From the NCBI GenBank assembly GCA_040954595.2, contig CM082576.2, positions 792,648 through 856,647 on the forward strand: 64,000 bases of DNA, read 5' to 3'. Both the position numbers and the translations under genes were made by a program. The notes beneath the pieces are model-generated. The model was not told the origin of the DNA and did not search any database. It worked only from the letters and a program-made list of their open reading frames with translations. Shown here piece after piece: positions 16,101 through 29,329 of this stretch. This stretch comes from Balanoglossus misakiensis (lineage: Eukaryota > Animalia > Hemichordata). Position 1 is the stretch's first letter. Every line of letters starts with the position of its first letter.

Positions 16101-19100
16101 ATTTACCCACAGTGAGCATTGCTTTGAAAGGAATCTCATCTCTGGCAAGGACTTGGCAACAACACATGTATCTTGAGACTTCATTAAAGAGAGAAGACAT
16201 TCTAAACTTGTTGAGATTTACTTTAAAAAATATTTGCAGTTGCCATGGCAACAGGGCTACAGGAAATGGTGACAAAAACATAAATATGAAAAATTCATGA
16301 GAAAAATATTATTGTACATAAACTTATCACCAATGTGTTTCTATGATACAATATGAAAAAGCATAATGTAAAGTGATCTGATTAATGTTTTACTAAAATA
16401 ACACATGGGGACATATAAGGCATGATGTGTCATGTTATCATTTAATGTTTATCATTTATGTTGTTGTGATGTGCGAATGTGAAGGAATTAAGATGATAGC
16501 TGTAGTTATTGTCTCACCTTGATAGGCAGTGGGTTAAATCCCCTGGGCTCCTCCTTTGCTTTCAACACCTCAACTTTTTGCTGTGGAAGTTTCGGAACAA
16601 GAGCGGGAAAACGAGGAAGGAGAAGTGGAATAGGAAGATGGAGAGAAGGCGAAGGTTTAGGACGATGAAGATCAGAAATAAAAGCAGACATCTTGTGAGC
16701 TTCTCCAAGCAACTGTGAAAATACAAAACACACGCATACATACATCCACATCCACATTCATACATTCACACTTGTAAGCTTGAGCATCCACTAGCCCTGA
16801 CTAAATTAAGGCTGTTGTGTCTATGGTTAAGTGCTTCAACGGGCACCCAATGAAGACCAAATTCAGTTTTCTAGTCACAATTTATCGTCAGGTCTTAACA
16901 TATTAGACAAGTCAGACTGTTACAAAATACTTCCAAAATACTTCCACTGCAGTAAAGCAGCATGGTTACTATGATGATTAATGTCGAGAAATCCACAAAT
17001 TTGTTCACCTGGCCCACCGTAGTGATTTGAATGACCCGTATAAAATTGATCACAATAAGTTCTAATCTGGTTGACTGAAAAAGAAGTTACAATAATACTT
17101 CTAGATTTTTTATAAAGTTATATTTATTTGAAGCCAATCTGCAGTATATAGGATTAGTGTTCGAGATGTATTGGTCCTGTAGGGGAATATCTAAACACCA
17201 CGATAATGCAAAAGTCACTTGGAGACATAAGAATTTCTTAATAATCAATGAAGTGTGTTATCAGTTGGTTTCAGTTAATATCCCCCATCTACAGAATGGT
17301 TATGGCATTCCAGTACATAATAATGAAGTTAAATTTGGCACACGCATTCTTAATTACCACATTCAAACGTTTTGAAGACATCAGGGTTAACATACCACAG
17401 TTTCAGGGTAACAAAAATATTCTCTCCCAGGATATTTTCACAACTATGGGTTTGTATAATGAACAGGAACTTGCAATTCCTTGACAGAAAACTAAGTGCG
17501 TGCAACCAACCAACCAACCAACCAACCAACCAAACAAGATTTCTTATGATGTCTTTGTGGCACGAGGCAAAAAGAAATCTGGACTTAAAAGAAATACTTC
17601 AGGCCTTTTTTTAAAAATTTATATCCAAGGAACAGAACCAGACATCACAAAGACACAAAAATCTCAACTTTCTCATGCATAGCCACAGAATTACATATCA
17701 TGCCCAGTGAATACGTATTTCTTTGGGGGTAAATATTCATAAGAGACGTCATGCATATTTCAGTCCCAGTCATACAGAGTGTCTGGTTCCTTCAGCAAAA
17801 TAAAACATTCCGTGCTTGTTGAGAACCATTCATCCATGTAATATTGTAGAAATCTGCACATTGTAGTGGTGTTGGATGGTTATTGATCATAGACAAAGCA
17901 CTCATAGGGAGATTTACGTCACCTTTAAATACAAGATATAGATTTTCAGCCTGACAACCTTAAGTCATGACAATTCAAACGTATTCTCATTGAATAGTAA
18001 ACGCACCAAGTACCTTTGTTCCCTTAGGATAACACTGTTACACTGTAAAAAGATTTTTTTAACTTTCTGCGTAACAGAAGATGCTAAAGCCATCTCCGGG
18101 CATTAAATGTAAGAACTATTCATTATCTCAATAGGGGTGTCCAGGCAACAGCATGGACATCTAGAAACAGCTCGGAGCAGTTCAAAGGTGACTCACAAAT
18201 GTTCCTGGTTTGTCAAACTGTAATAAACAGGAGTCCAAACTATAAATAGAAATACAAATACAACTGAGACGATGACCAGGTCTAATAAACAATCTTTCAT
18301 CAGTGCATAAAGCCAAATCATGTTTATGTCTAAGCCACAGTAACATTTTCTCAAGCTTCTATAAATGTGTTTATGTGAATCCTGACAGATACAAGAATAT
18401 TATTCAAATAACAAAGGCTGACTTGAGACTACCAATGTCTTAATTTTGAGTAAAAAGATTATAATGCTGTCAATGTGAACAATCCCTTTTTTTCAACTCA
18501 TGGTCATAATCATTTACATTTGGCAGCAGTCGTGATATCCAGCCAGGGTACATGTGCCATCGTTTTATCAACTGCCACACTCTGAGATCACCAACATTTT
18601 CATACAAAAACCAAAAACCATTATCGTAACACATTATTAAGATTGAAAGCAAGAAAATATTTTCTTCTTTTGAACATAACATGCATTTATAAACACAGGC
18701 TGTTGTACATATGCATAATTGCTTTCAGTAGAGTCCAGGGACTTAAAAACATTTTCACACTTTCTATTATAAACACATGCAGTAATGTTTGTTGCACTCT
18801 ATTTTACTCCATTATAATTTATCACCAAGGTTACGCTTTTCATTCATGGATGATGTAGGCAGGGAAGAGAGGTTTTGTTAAGTACCACAGTGTTTATTTA
18901 TAAGATCTAACATAAATTTACTCTTTAAAAAAATAGTGATTAATAACAGCAGGATTTTATCTTGACTTCGATTTTCTGAGTGCTCTGACTATAGTGGGAT
19001 AAAATAACCAAGAATGCTGGCGGATAGGGGTCTACCCAATCAGTTTTAGGAATAAAGAAATGTTGATTTTTGTTGATGCATCACCTTTTCAATGAAAATG

Positions 19101-22091
19101 GGAAACAAGACCTAAGCTGCTGATGCAGTTGAAGAAGAGCAATATCTCTCCAAAAGGAATTACTGATCAAGAAATATTTATTTATTTCAGATGTATACTA
19201 ATATTCAGTTGAATATGTTGAAAGTACCACCAGAAATCTGAGGTACCCCCTAACTCACTGCTGATATATTCTACCCCACATGAAAGAATGATTGTCAACA
19301 GGAATGCAAGTACTCACACAGGGACTCAAGCCATAAATAGTACATGTACGCATGATACAGCACCTCTATAGATACTGAAGTAATTGATGGGCAAAACACA
19401 CAGATAAAGTTCAGAAGCATTAAACAGATGATATTATTTTTTCTTTTATCATACCCAGCCATGCATGCAATTGAAAAATTATCACAACAGCCGAAATGAA
19501 AATTAATTACAGTATATTCTAATCTGGATGATTGTGAATGGAAAAAAAAACCTATATTCCTGTTCTAAGATTTCCCTATCAGAGCCACTCACATGCCTAC
19601 ATTCCACTCTGTCCATTTGATTTATACACAGCTGATGTGTCTATACTTACGTATCTTCCATATTGCTCTCGTGGAGTCTTTGGTGGTGGCAATGTTTGCC
19701 TGCGGATCAAAGGTGGGATGCCCTGACGAGTTCTTGGCTGAGGCACACTCCCCTCCTATAATCAAAAATAGCAAAGTCAACAGTCAATCAGCTCCATCAT
19801 TTTTACTACGGTACATTTGATGTTTGGCTTAGCTCTAAAATTATAATTTATAAACCTATATTGTGCAACAAAACTGTCCTAAATATATTTTTGACACTGC
19901 CCACCTCTTGCATATCAAGTGGTGAAATTCTCAGAGGTTTGATACAGCTATGGTACGACCAACTCCCCAATTAGATTAAACCGCATTAAATCTTGCTTTG
20001 AGACATGAGTTGTAAAGCTATTAGGGACAGTTTCCCACCACACTTTATATTTTGAAACAAGACACACACTGGAAGGGTACCTTGCATGACCTGCATTTTA
20101 CAACTGTTTACACAGGGTATGTATAGCAACAGACAATAAATAAACATTGAGAGATAAAGTACTTCAAACACTTTTTCTTCCTAAACTTTTCAAAGGAAGC
20201 CATATTTCTTACACTACTGACAAGTGTCTCATCCATCTTCACTTGTATATTATTTTGTGTCATACGCAACAAAAAGGAATCTTAAAACATACATATTTAT
20301 TGAATTTGCGCTCTGACTGGGCAAGTATATCTGAGCTTTGTCATGCCATGACTGAATGGTCAGTGAAAATAAAGTATGAATTATCACATGCTCTTTTTGT
20401 GTGGTGTAGTAGTAGAGCTGCAAGTTGAGTGTTGGTGTTTGCAGCAAACACTAGAACTGGACTGCAGCTAACAACAAATGAAAGGTCAAAGGTCAGTGAA
20501 AATATATACAGATATGATGCATTTATGATCCAATGCACCTGTGGAACATCTTTGAACACCTTCAAAGAAACTGGGTGTGCATGAACACATCCAAGGGGAT
20601 CTGGACCTCACTCAACCTTCTGAATTCAGGAGATTATTCTTCCCTGTGCTGTGAAGGCATTAGCACTCACACACACACACACTGCGTTGGCATGGTCTGG
20701 TAACCTAATCCTGGGTACTTCTTTACAGATACCGATCAAACAGCTATGGTGTTGAATGATGGATAGCCTTTGCGTGGGGCATTGTGACATTTTTCCTGCC
20801 CCACTTACAGAAAACTCCAGAAATCCACCACCACTGCAGTGTGAATGACGAATTCACAGAATCCATGCAAAACGACTGCCATATCTCAGATGTACATGTA
20901 TAGTGGAAGGAAATGCTTGAAATGTGTTAAATCTGTAAGATTCTCTGCGACAGAGAGAGGGGATAGAGAAAGGACAGCTTCCCCCTTAATGTCACTATAA
21001 ATACACTTAAACAGGCATTTCTCATTAAGCTTGACCTTGGCAATAACAACATTTTGTACTGAACTGTGCATCATTAATCTTGAGAACATGACCAGGCGCC
21101 TCAACTACTTTCTGATGCTCAACTTGCAAATTGGACATTACACATGAAAAGAAGTGGCCATAACATCTACAGCCTGCAAACTGCATTGACCATCAATTCA
21201 TAGAGGTCATTTTTCTAAATGAGCTTTTTCAACCCTTACTCAGTTACTGTAAAGTTTGTCCCATTAAAAAAAGTGGCCAATACAATAAACAAAAATAAAA
21301 ATCTCAGAATAGCCCTGTTTTGCACTATTATTGAGTGATTCTATCCACCAAAATCAACCCTTTTTTCCCAATTGGATGTGATCAAAACTAATGTTCACTT
21401 TAATTTCACATGCTGTGAAATGAAAACATCACAAATCATCACAATAACACGTATGCCTGCCATTTTAACAATGATCACTGTTGAAATGCTAATACCTTAC
21501 CCCTGGGCAAATGACACAGTCCAACCAAAACATCTGCAGTCTAACAACTCATACATAGAATCCATCATAATGTCTTGAAACATTCACTTCCCTGTTACCA
21601 TGTTATTAACTGGCAGGTGCGTCCCAAACATTCAAGAAACCTTGGTTTGTAATTGTGAATACAATGGGGTATTTTTTTCTCCCTTTGAAAAAAGATTTCT
21701 TCTTTTAGGGTGGCCTCCAAATCAACAGATGTGCAGCCTATGACATCAAACTGGTAATTGGAGGCACATGCAGCATTATTGTAATCACTTTTGTATAGTA
21801 AACAAACATTTTCACATGTTCATTGTACACCCCCCCCCCCCTTTATTTGACACCTAATTGTGTTATCATTACAAAGAGACACAACTCTTTAAAATATTTA
21901 GTTGAGATATGTTTTGTGTATTTAATGATTGCAGCAAGCCACCATTAAAATAATAATCATTTGACACTTACTGTGCCAAGGTAGACCCCAGTCATATTCC
22001 GAATACGGGGAGCATGTTTCGGCGTGTCTTGTCGAGAAGCCGTCACTCCATCTGAGAACACGGCTCCACTGTCCAAAGCGACTTTCGACAT
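1177..22091 (-). CDS. Uncharacterised 12-exon protein (~711 aa; Pro/basic N-terminal half, acidic disordered C-terminal half, short C-terminal coiled coil)
   Basis: Hand-assembled coding exons, minus strand, all GT-AG with continuous frame: 21972-22091, 19651-19755, 16518-16712, 14298-14392, 12776-12968, 10239-10330, 9687-9865 (alternative acceptor 9934), 8481-8686, 7820-7943, 3879-4499, 2984-3048, 1177-1317 (TGA 1177-1179). Starts MSKVALDSGAVFSDG, with an in-frame stop upstream; ends ...GDESDSDDEEE. No family recognised. Confidence 0.8.
4089..4140 (-). repeat. 27-bp coding tandem duplication (GEMQGSDVK/GEVQGSDVK) in exon 10 of gene 1
   Basis: cacctttgacatctgacccttgca occurs twice with a 27-nt period. 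Confidence 0.8.
9817..9951. repeat. 69-bp tandem duplication spanning the splice acceptor of gene 1 exon 7
   Basis: Two near-identical copies (9817-9885, 9886-9951), each containing minus-strand ttttttctctccaacag|AAGTTTTCG. Confidence 0.9.
16239..16252. promoter_or_regulatory. Perfect palindromic RFX X-box (GTTGCCATGGCAAC) in an intron of gene 1
   Basis: Exact match to the RFX consensus; function not shown. Confidence 0.3.
17503..17532. repeat. (CAAC)n microsatellite
   Basis: About 7 CAAC units seen directly. Confidence 0.85.
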
Positions 22092-22398
22092 GTTGCCCAC
22101 CAAGGGTAGATCGGGTTCCGGCGATTGCCGGACAGTTTTCACCACTGAACGAGGAATTTTGATGTCAAGGCCGGTCTCTTGCACGCTGTCCGTGTCATTG
22201 TTGGCGTTCTGTCACAGCACCGATCCTTCCGAGCCGGGGTTACCGGGCTGACTATACGAGAAATGATAGAATAATGATGTTGATAACAGTTATACCGGGT
22301 GATCATTGACACCATCGATCGGCATTGCTACAAAACAATATGTCCCAAACAAACATCAGTGCGTGACAAACGTAGTGGCAGGCTATAATTACATTATC

Positions 22399-22442
22399 AC
22401 TTATAGTGTCTGTCGGGGATACTTATAGTGTCTGTCGAGGAT
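22399..22442. repeat. 22-bp tandem duplication
   Basis: acttatagtgtctgtcggggat followed by acttatagtgtctgtcgaggat. Confidence 0.85.
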
Positions 22443-22855
22443 AATAATCAACCTAAGTCCTCAGTAAATAAACCAACCGTGCACAAACAACTATTATTCC
22501 GCGGCCGTAGTACAGTACTGTAGTATAGCATAGCATGTATATTACACTACATCGAAAATTCATTTCCGACAGACAATCGATTGACAGAAGACCGGCCATT
22601 CAAGACCATAATGAAGCCATGTTATTGTCCCGTCTTCGCCGTACCAGTTTCCAGACTTTTGGTGCATATAATACACTACTACTAAAGACGCACCAATTAA
22701 CTGCTTGTTGATGTAAGTATAGTCAATAATGCCATAACATAATTTTTTTTCTCCGACGAGACTTGTGATTGTAAGTTCACAAACAAAAGAAAACATCAAA
22801 CTAAGTAGGCCAGTTTTCACACATGAGCAGTCAACATAAAACTTTGTAAACTTAC

Positions 22856-23165
22856 GTGACTTGTAAGTTTGAACGGCGGTCGATTTGAGTGTTTGAACTT
22901 CACAACTGTGAAAAACCCTTGACGTACACCGAGAGAACCCAGTAATCTTCAATCCTGTTGCCAGATCGCACACATGAGCACCCAGGTTTCTACGATGACA
23001 GCTTGGCGACGCGACGACTATTATCTCAAAGCACGCTCCGCCATGATACCACGTACGTAACCTCACATAGACACTATGCCTCGCTATGGTCCAACACACA
23101 AGAGAGAATGACGTCATATAGCAACAAGGGAAGCCAAGGGGAAAACGACCGCTGATTGGCCAAAA
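22856..23165 (-). promoter_or_regulatory. Probable non-coding first exon and promoter of gene 1 (X-box-like element, CCAAT)
   Basis: CpG-richer region. Minus-strand donor CAC|GTAAGT at 22856/22855 pairs with the acceptor at 22252. X-box-like GTCATATAGCAAC at 23113-23125 and ATTGG near 23155. Confidence 0.45.
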
Positions 23166-25090
23166 CTAATTTCGCTGCTCTTTTGTTCGTTTTGTAACGC
23201 GCTGTACACCTGTTTCTGTCGACGAGAAAACAACTTTTTAATGAAGTCGGAACTCACGTGGCATATCAAGTTTTTGTCGATACTTCATAAAATATTCGTG
23301 GATAAATTACTGCGCAAAGTCGGACGAAGTCGGTATCTTTTGACATTTGTTGATATTTTTGTATTGGACGTTATTTCTGAATTTGGTTGTCGGCGATACA
23401 CTTGTGAAGGTCAAAATCTGTCATGACCAAACGCGCCTTTTGCCAAACAGACATGTATAATCCATGAAAGCAACAACGCCCCCAGCGATATACCTACAGT
23501 CCTACTACTCTTGCTTATTCAGTTAGATAAGCTTACTGATGATCGCAGATTTCACTGGCGCGCAGTTTTAATACACCAAAAATAATTTCAATTCACTTTT
23601 GTAAAGTAGCACTATATGGAATAAGTGTGTGGGTGTTCTCTACAGTAGGCTTAGGCCTAAAGGTATATGGGCCAATTTAACCAGTTACCATGGAAATATT
23701 GAAATATAGCCAATCATAGGTTTTCAGTGGGTGGCACGAGCGTCATTCGTATATTTTGACATACCCTTTTGACCATATATGGACATACGTTAAATTAGAG
23801 GTGGCTGTACATGTATACCTTTCCCGGTGGTATTCATCGTGGGAATTCACCATTCAAAATAACAGTCGTCATTTTGCACACTTCGTAACACTAATTCCCA
23901 TGTATAAATCCCCTACAGCTGTTTCGTAACGTCCAGGTGGAGGGTTTACTCTATTTATGGTTTGATCAGTTTTGTGATACACGTTTTGTATTAAAAAAAG
24001 AAATGTTCGACGCCACAATGATTATCGAACCCACGACAATACCCAATGTCGCACACGTTACTAAATATAGGATAGAATCTGATCATGTTGGCGACAGCGA
24101 TCAGCAAACAAGTTCGCCCCCTCATCTGGCTGATGCGTGTCAGTCTCTACAGCGAATGTTTTTGCATCCAAAATATTTTTTTTTCTTTGTCAAAGCCATG
24201 CATTTATTGTTGCTGAATTAATTAGCAATTTAAAGGAAACATAGGCCCTTCATATACAAGGTCCATTGACTGTCATGTCCCACTGTCTACCACGGAATTC
24301 CCGTTCTGAGACGTACAGAGGGCGCTGTTGACGAGAAACCTAAATATATATAGAGTTCATCTCACACACTGTCACATCGTTTTTAGTTGGAACCGTTTTT
24401 GACACGCACCATACATACGTACATCATACATGTTGAAGTTGGTAGGGCTAACGAGACGAACTTTACAAACACTCATTCATGAACATCAATCAAACACGTA
24501 TTATTTGAGCGGACTTTATTAACAAAAATTACCCTAGTAAAATTTTGAATTCATGATTTTTGGGCATTTGTATTTTACTTCACCCGATTCAGGAATTCAC
24601 ACTACACAAAAACAGCTGATGAAAAAATGGAAGGAATGATTCGAAAAATATTATGTGTCATTTTGGCAGTATCGCACTAAGTGCAGGTCGAACACTCTGC
24701 TTCAACAGAACAGACATGCATGAGCCATCTGCACAAAAAAGTATTAATTGTATCTTCATGATTTCCTGAAACTTTACAAAAAGCGCCAGCTGATAGAAAT
24801 TGCATCCGATTATGCTCTAGTACTGTACATGGAAATTGACAAAACACTCATCACTTTGTCAATATATTGTAATTTGAAAATTCACATGACCATTCTTCCT
24901 GATGAATCGACTGCATACAGCAAAAAATGAGAATCAAACGTCTGGAGGGAAAAGCATAGTTTCTGCAAAATAATGCACAGGCCTTGAAGCGGCTCCTTTC
25001 TATAAATTTGTCAAATTCTCACTCAATTTATGCCGTTGTGGCGATCGCATTCAGACGCTATTTTCGTTTAACATTCAGGCCTCAGTACAG

Positions 25091-28066
25091 TTAATGGCTT
25101 TGAGTGCCTAGAGATTGGGAACTTTCAACCTTTTTCGACTTTAAGCAAATATCAAGCCCAGACTGCAACGTTTCCGTGGCAACGATCAATAGCTGAAGAA
25201 TCTCAATATAAACTCGAGAACCGTCCGCATCAGGAGGACGGGAAGCCTTGTCTTCCATTAATACATTTGTGGCTAATAAAGTCAATTTCAAAAGTGCCTT
25301 GAAATCGTGCAGACTGGACAAATCCTGTTCCGTGTCCAGCATTTCATTAATGAGTAGTGCTGCTTGTTTCTGGGTGCGTAAAATGTCGATATATTCTTTG
25401 TTTTCAGAGAAGTGGCGTTCTGCCTTTGGTAACACTTCTTCCAGGATTTTTGTGGCTTTTCTCATAATATTTGTGATCTGCTTGTATTCGGTGATGATTT
25501 CGTCTCGGGTGGACACAATTTCAACGGAGACATCCGAACCGACTGTTGAAGTCTCGGCGGATTCCTCACAGCTTGATCGGTGGCTGGCGGTAGTGGTGCA
25601 TTCGCTCGGGTCAACCGGCTCGCTCTGCGGCGGTGTCGGAATAGCACACTCCGCAAACGATTCGACATTTATCGATTCTGGAATAGAAAATTCAGAATGG
25701 GTGGTAACAGTGTCCCACGAACGGGAACGGTGTCGCAGCTGCGGGTAACCGAAGAAAACAGACGAAGATCCCGGAGTGAAAGACGTGCACGAAAGTTCGT
25801 TGTCGGCCGAGTAAGCTGAAGCCGTAGACGCCCAGGTGTAAGGTGTATCCGGAAAATCGTCACCATGACGACGGCTACGGCCGTCAACCGCAGTCTCGCG
25901 AGGTTCACTTGTTGTCGAAGACTTCGACTTTGAACTTGTGACTGATGATGTACGGCTATACATTCGCTGTACTGACGGCATGTACTGCATGACTCCACGA
26001 GCTGAGCCGCCATAACCGCGAGCACTTGCAAAAGTTTCCTTTTCGTCAAAGTTATCCAAGTTTGCCAAAAATAATGGCGCCGGTCTCGGTGGCGGATTTT
26101 TCGTGTATTTCTCTTGGGTCCTGATCCTGTGTGTTTCCATGTTGTCGTCTTCGTCTGGTTTCGTGTCTGTGACCTTTTCGTTAGGCTGGTCTACCCCACC
26201 CGCACTGTTTGATTTAGAACCTTTATCCGCAAATACATCTGTCACTGCTATATATGGAACTTCCGCACCATTCGAAAGACTATGAGTAATATTTTCTCTG
26301 GTTTCCTCTTCAGAATTACTTTCGCTACAGGATCTCTCACCATTTCCTTCGTTTTTAGTTTCGCTGACCTTAGTTTTCCACATTTTCAGTAATTCTGTTG
26401 ACAAGTCTTCCTGCGACCCGGTCACGTCCTCGGCGGTCCCGAAAAATGTTTCACCATCGCTGAGGGCGTCCTTGTACTCCATCTTCACAGAATCAGCGTG
26501 CAAGCCCGAGCCGGTGTCTGTTGTTTGACTGTCGTGTTCAAGTTCACTTAAAACCCCGTCTTCTACTCGTTCCAAATGCCTCTCTCCAGACTGTTGGTTA
26601 CCTCTGTTTGACTTTTCGTTCAACAACTCGATGGCGTTGGGTTCGCGATGGCTGTCAGTTGACACCGCGGCGTCAAGCGGTGCGAATTCCTCAAGAGATT
26701 CAATAACAAACGTGTCAAAGGGCCCCTTTCTTTCGATGGATTCTGTGACGCTGCGTTCTTTGTCTTCTGTCAACAAGTCCCCTTCTTGAGTTTTACTCGA
26801 TTTCGGCTCCGAAACGCCGTCTACTGCATCCAAGGCCCTCGCCGCCGCACCTTCCTCAACATCATGACGAATACCGACGTTTCCGCTGATGTCATATGGC
26901 TGGCATTCCGCCGTCGGTGTACACTCCCCGTGGTCAACGGAGTCACTGTCTGAGAGTTGACCTTTGACATCTACCTTGTCTAGTTCGTCATGAATAAAAG
27001 ATTTCGGTAAACGATCGATTTCTTTGTCACTGTCATCAGATGTGGCAGGGCACGTGACAGTTACAAGGTTAACCGATCCGCCGGTGGAATTACTCGCTTT
27101 CATATCAATCGAGTTTTCCGAGTTTGTGTTCTTACTACAAGTATCAGTATCGCTGTCTTCTGACGCATCGGGCGTTTCACCTGCAACAAGATTTGTGTAG
27201 AACTTCGATTTCAAGATTGCACCGGCGACTTTCAGTTTCTTGCCATGACTCGGTTTGATTGGTCTCCTGGCCCAGTTCGGGCTGCCAGTTTTCTCGTTGT
27301 ATCTTTGCAAGTTCGAATCATTCCACATCATTCTCCGTGATGTTGGATCCGTGCCTGGAGCTGGCCGAATGTTTGCGAAGCCACCCGATGCTACAATCAA
27401 ACCCGAGTTTCTTGTCAATCCTCCGAAACTACCAGATCGTCGATATTTGTTAGGCGGGCGATATCTCACCCTCAGGTTCGGAGAAGAACTCACTCGTGAT
27501 TCTTCGGCAGATTTTACTTGTTCTACGTCTGTCAGTTTTGTTTGATCCGTTTTCTTGCTGAAATCTTCATCACCCATCTCATTTGAACCGTTACCTGATA
27601 AGTGTGCTGGTGACTCGTCGTTGTTATTCAAAGTAAACACAATTTCAGGTTTCGCTGCTTGGTTAATTTCTACCACTGTCGTTGTTTCGTGCTTTGTTTT
27701 TAAGTCCTTTTGAGATTTTTCAGTCTCAGGACTTTGTGTTTTGTCCGATGTCTGTTTCTCAGCTTTCGGTTGATCTTTCGAAGGAATGGCCGCCAATGCT
27801 TCTTTTTTATCCGTCGTCAACTTTGACTCTGCTTTGGGATCGCTTTTCGATTTCGGTGACTTGACACCAGACTGGCGAGGTTTCTTAGTGGCCGATTTTT
27901 TCGCTTTCTTTTGGACCTTTCCTTGTTCTTGCATCTTTTTGAATGTTTTATGTCCGTACATTAAATTACCAAAGAACTGTCGAACGGACGTGGGTGATTT
28001 GCTTTGCGAGACATTCCCCTTAGCAACGACCGACTTGTCTGCGGCATGGCTTCTGTTGTCAGCCAT
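25091..28066 (-). CDS. Uncharacterised 991-aa single-coding-exon protein (Lys-rich N-terminus, Ser/Glu/Asp-rich disordered middle, helical C-terminal ~150 aa)
   Basis: 2976-nt uninterrupted ORF, GC-richer than its flanks. A candidate 5' UTR intron has an acceptor near 28174 and a donor TAG|GTGAGT near 29131. Minus-strand AATAAA near 24515. No family recognised. Confidence 0.85.
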   Translation of the reverse strand: MADNRSHAADKSVVAKGNVSQSKSPTSVRQFFGNLMYGHKTFKKMQEQGKVQKKAKKSATKKPRQSGVKSPKSKSDPKAESKLTTDKKEALAAIPSKDQPKAEKQTSDKTQSPETEKSQKDLKTKHETTTVVEINQAAKPEIVFTLNNNDESPAHLSGNGSNEMGDEDFSKKTDQTKLTDVEQVKSAEESRVSSSPNLRVRYRPPNKYRRSGSFGGLTRNSGLIVASGGFANIRPAPGTDPTSRRMMWNDSNLQRYNEKTGSPNWARRPIKPSHGKKLKVAGAILKSKFYTNLVAGETPDASEDSDTDTCSKNTNSENSIDMKASNSTGGSVNLVTVTCPATSDDSDKEIDRLPKSFIHDELDKVDVKGQLSDSDSVDHGECTPTAECQPYDISGNVGIRHDVEEGAAARALDAVDGVSEPKSSKTQEGDLLTEDKERSVTESIERKGPFDTFVIESLEEFAPLDAAVSTDSHREPNAIELLNEKSNRGNQQSGERHLERVEDGVLSELEHDSQTTDTGSGLHADSVKMEYKDALSDGETFFGTAEDVTGSQEDLSTELLKMWKTKVSETKNEGNGERSCSESNSEEETRENITHSLSNGAEVPYIAVTDVFADKGSKSNSAGGVDQPNEKVTDTKPDEDDNMETHRIRTQEKYTKNPPPRPAPLFLANLDNFDEKETFASARGYGGSARGVMQYMPSVQRMYSRTSSVTSSKSKSSTTSEPRETAVDGRSRRHGDDFPDTPYTWASTASAYSADNELSCTSFTPGSSSVFFGYPQLRHRSRSWDTVTTHSEFSIPESINVESFAECAIPTPPQSEPVDPSECTTTASHRSSCEESAETSTVGSDVSVEIVSTRDEIITEYKQITNIMRKATKILEEVLPKAERHFSENKEYIDILRTQKQAALLINEMLDTEQDLSSLHDFKALLKLTLLATNVLMEDKASRPPDADGSRVYIEILQLLIVATETLQSGLDICLKSKKVESSQSLGTQSH

Positions 28067-29329
28067 ATTGTTATTCAGGCTTGAATTTTAATACTGATGA
28101 TGTAATCTAAAGAATCAACAATTTCTGAACCATATCATTCACTTGGTTGATCGGTTACCACGACAACAGCTACCTGAAACAGAAAAAGAATGTTTACATT
28201 CATACGGCACGTAACAAATAACCTTTACACTTACAGTTGGTCACACAACTTCGAGAATTTCGCATCAGTCTTTTTCCTGCTGTCTGTCTTTATCAGAGAT
28301 TCCATGAAATAAAATGTCAAGTGGTCAATTAATTGTGGAACGCTCTGTTCCTGAATTGTTTTGAATAAATTTACATAGTTATATAAATATTATTACTTTG
28401 ATAGTTAAATACTAACGTGAACACAGCGACACATAATTAGCATTTCTGCGTTAATTGCCTGTTGCATGCCACGGCCACGGAAAAAAGAAGTAGAGGCAAA
28501 AAATGGAGTTCGGAGTTCAGACAAGGCGATGGCTTATCGTTTACATTTTGTGTTTACACCCACCATTTCGTACCAAGAACCAAATTTACATTTCAAGATA
28601 GCAATATGGAGACTGGTATCGTGGGATTATCGAGTTTGTATGTACTTAGTTGAAGGGTCACAAAACCCGATAACTGTACGCATGTTCAGTTAACACGGAC
28701 ACAATTTGATTTTGGTTTATGACTTTAAATCCGGGAGTTTTGTTTTGGCGTTATTTCGATCTCAACTTTTTATGAAACTGAACTATTTGAGCTAATTAAC
28801 CGGTGTTGAATTGCGCCACCGAATGACTGTCACCTATTCGTAGTATTTGCACCGAGTGGTGTAACTGGAGTGTACACATCTCTTTATGGAAACTGATAAG
28901 CTATCAATCCATCAACAGGTGGTCGCATAAGCTTGCCATCCTGACGAACACAAGTTGAATATCACACACTATAGCTAAGCACAGTGTCGAAAAATCTGTG
29001 TTGACATTCATAATGATGTTCTGCTGTCAGACTTGTCATCTTGTAAACGTTTTCTTTCCAAGTCTATCACACCCTACATGTGTTAATATCAACTGAGGCA
29101 GAAGCACAAACATGGTGGTACCACAACTCACCTACAAGTTGCACGATGACGTTGGTGATACCAGACGTTCGCGCCAACAATGATTCGATATATTGACGTA
29201 TTTGCGATCGGTGATTTGAAGACCAAATTTTACGTGTCTCGATGTCACGGTTCGTGCTCCAATGACAGATCGATCAACATTATTTTGTGACGGAGTAGCA
29301 GAGAAGGAAGCCCTGAAGGGGTTCAAAGC

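Noticed and set aside
16810-17959. Kolobok-like element bounded by TTAA-GG...CC-TTAA
   Set aside because: Terminal inverted similarity is only about 5 of 6 bases and cannot be distinguished from chance without a repeat library.
22560-23117. 185-aa minus-strand ORF upstream of gene 1
   Set aside because: Runs through a strong donor at 22855 into intron-like sequence and has no protein-like features; more likely a UTR exon plus intron.
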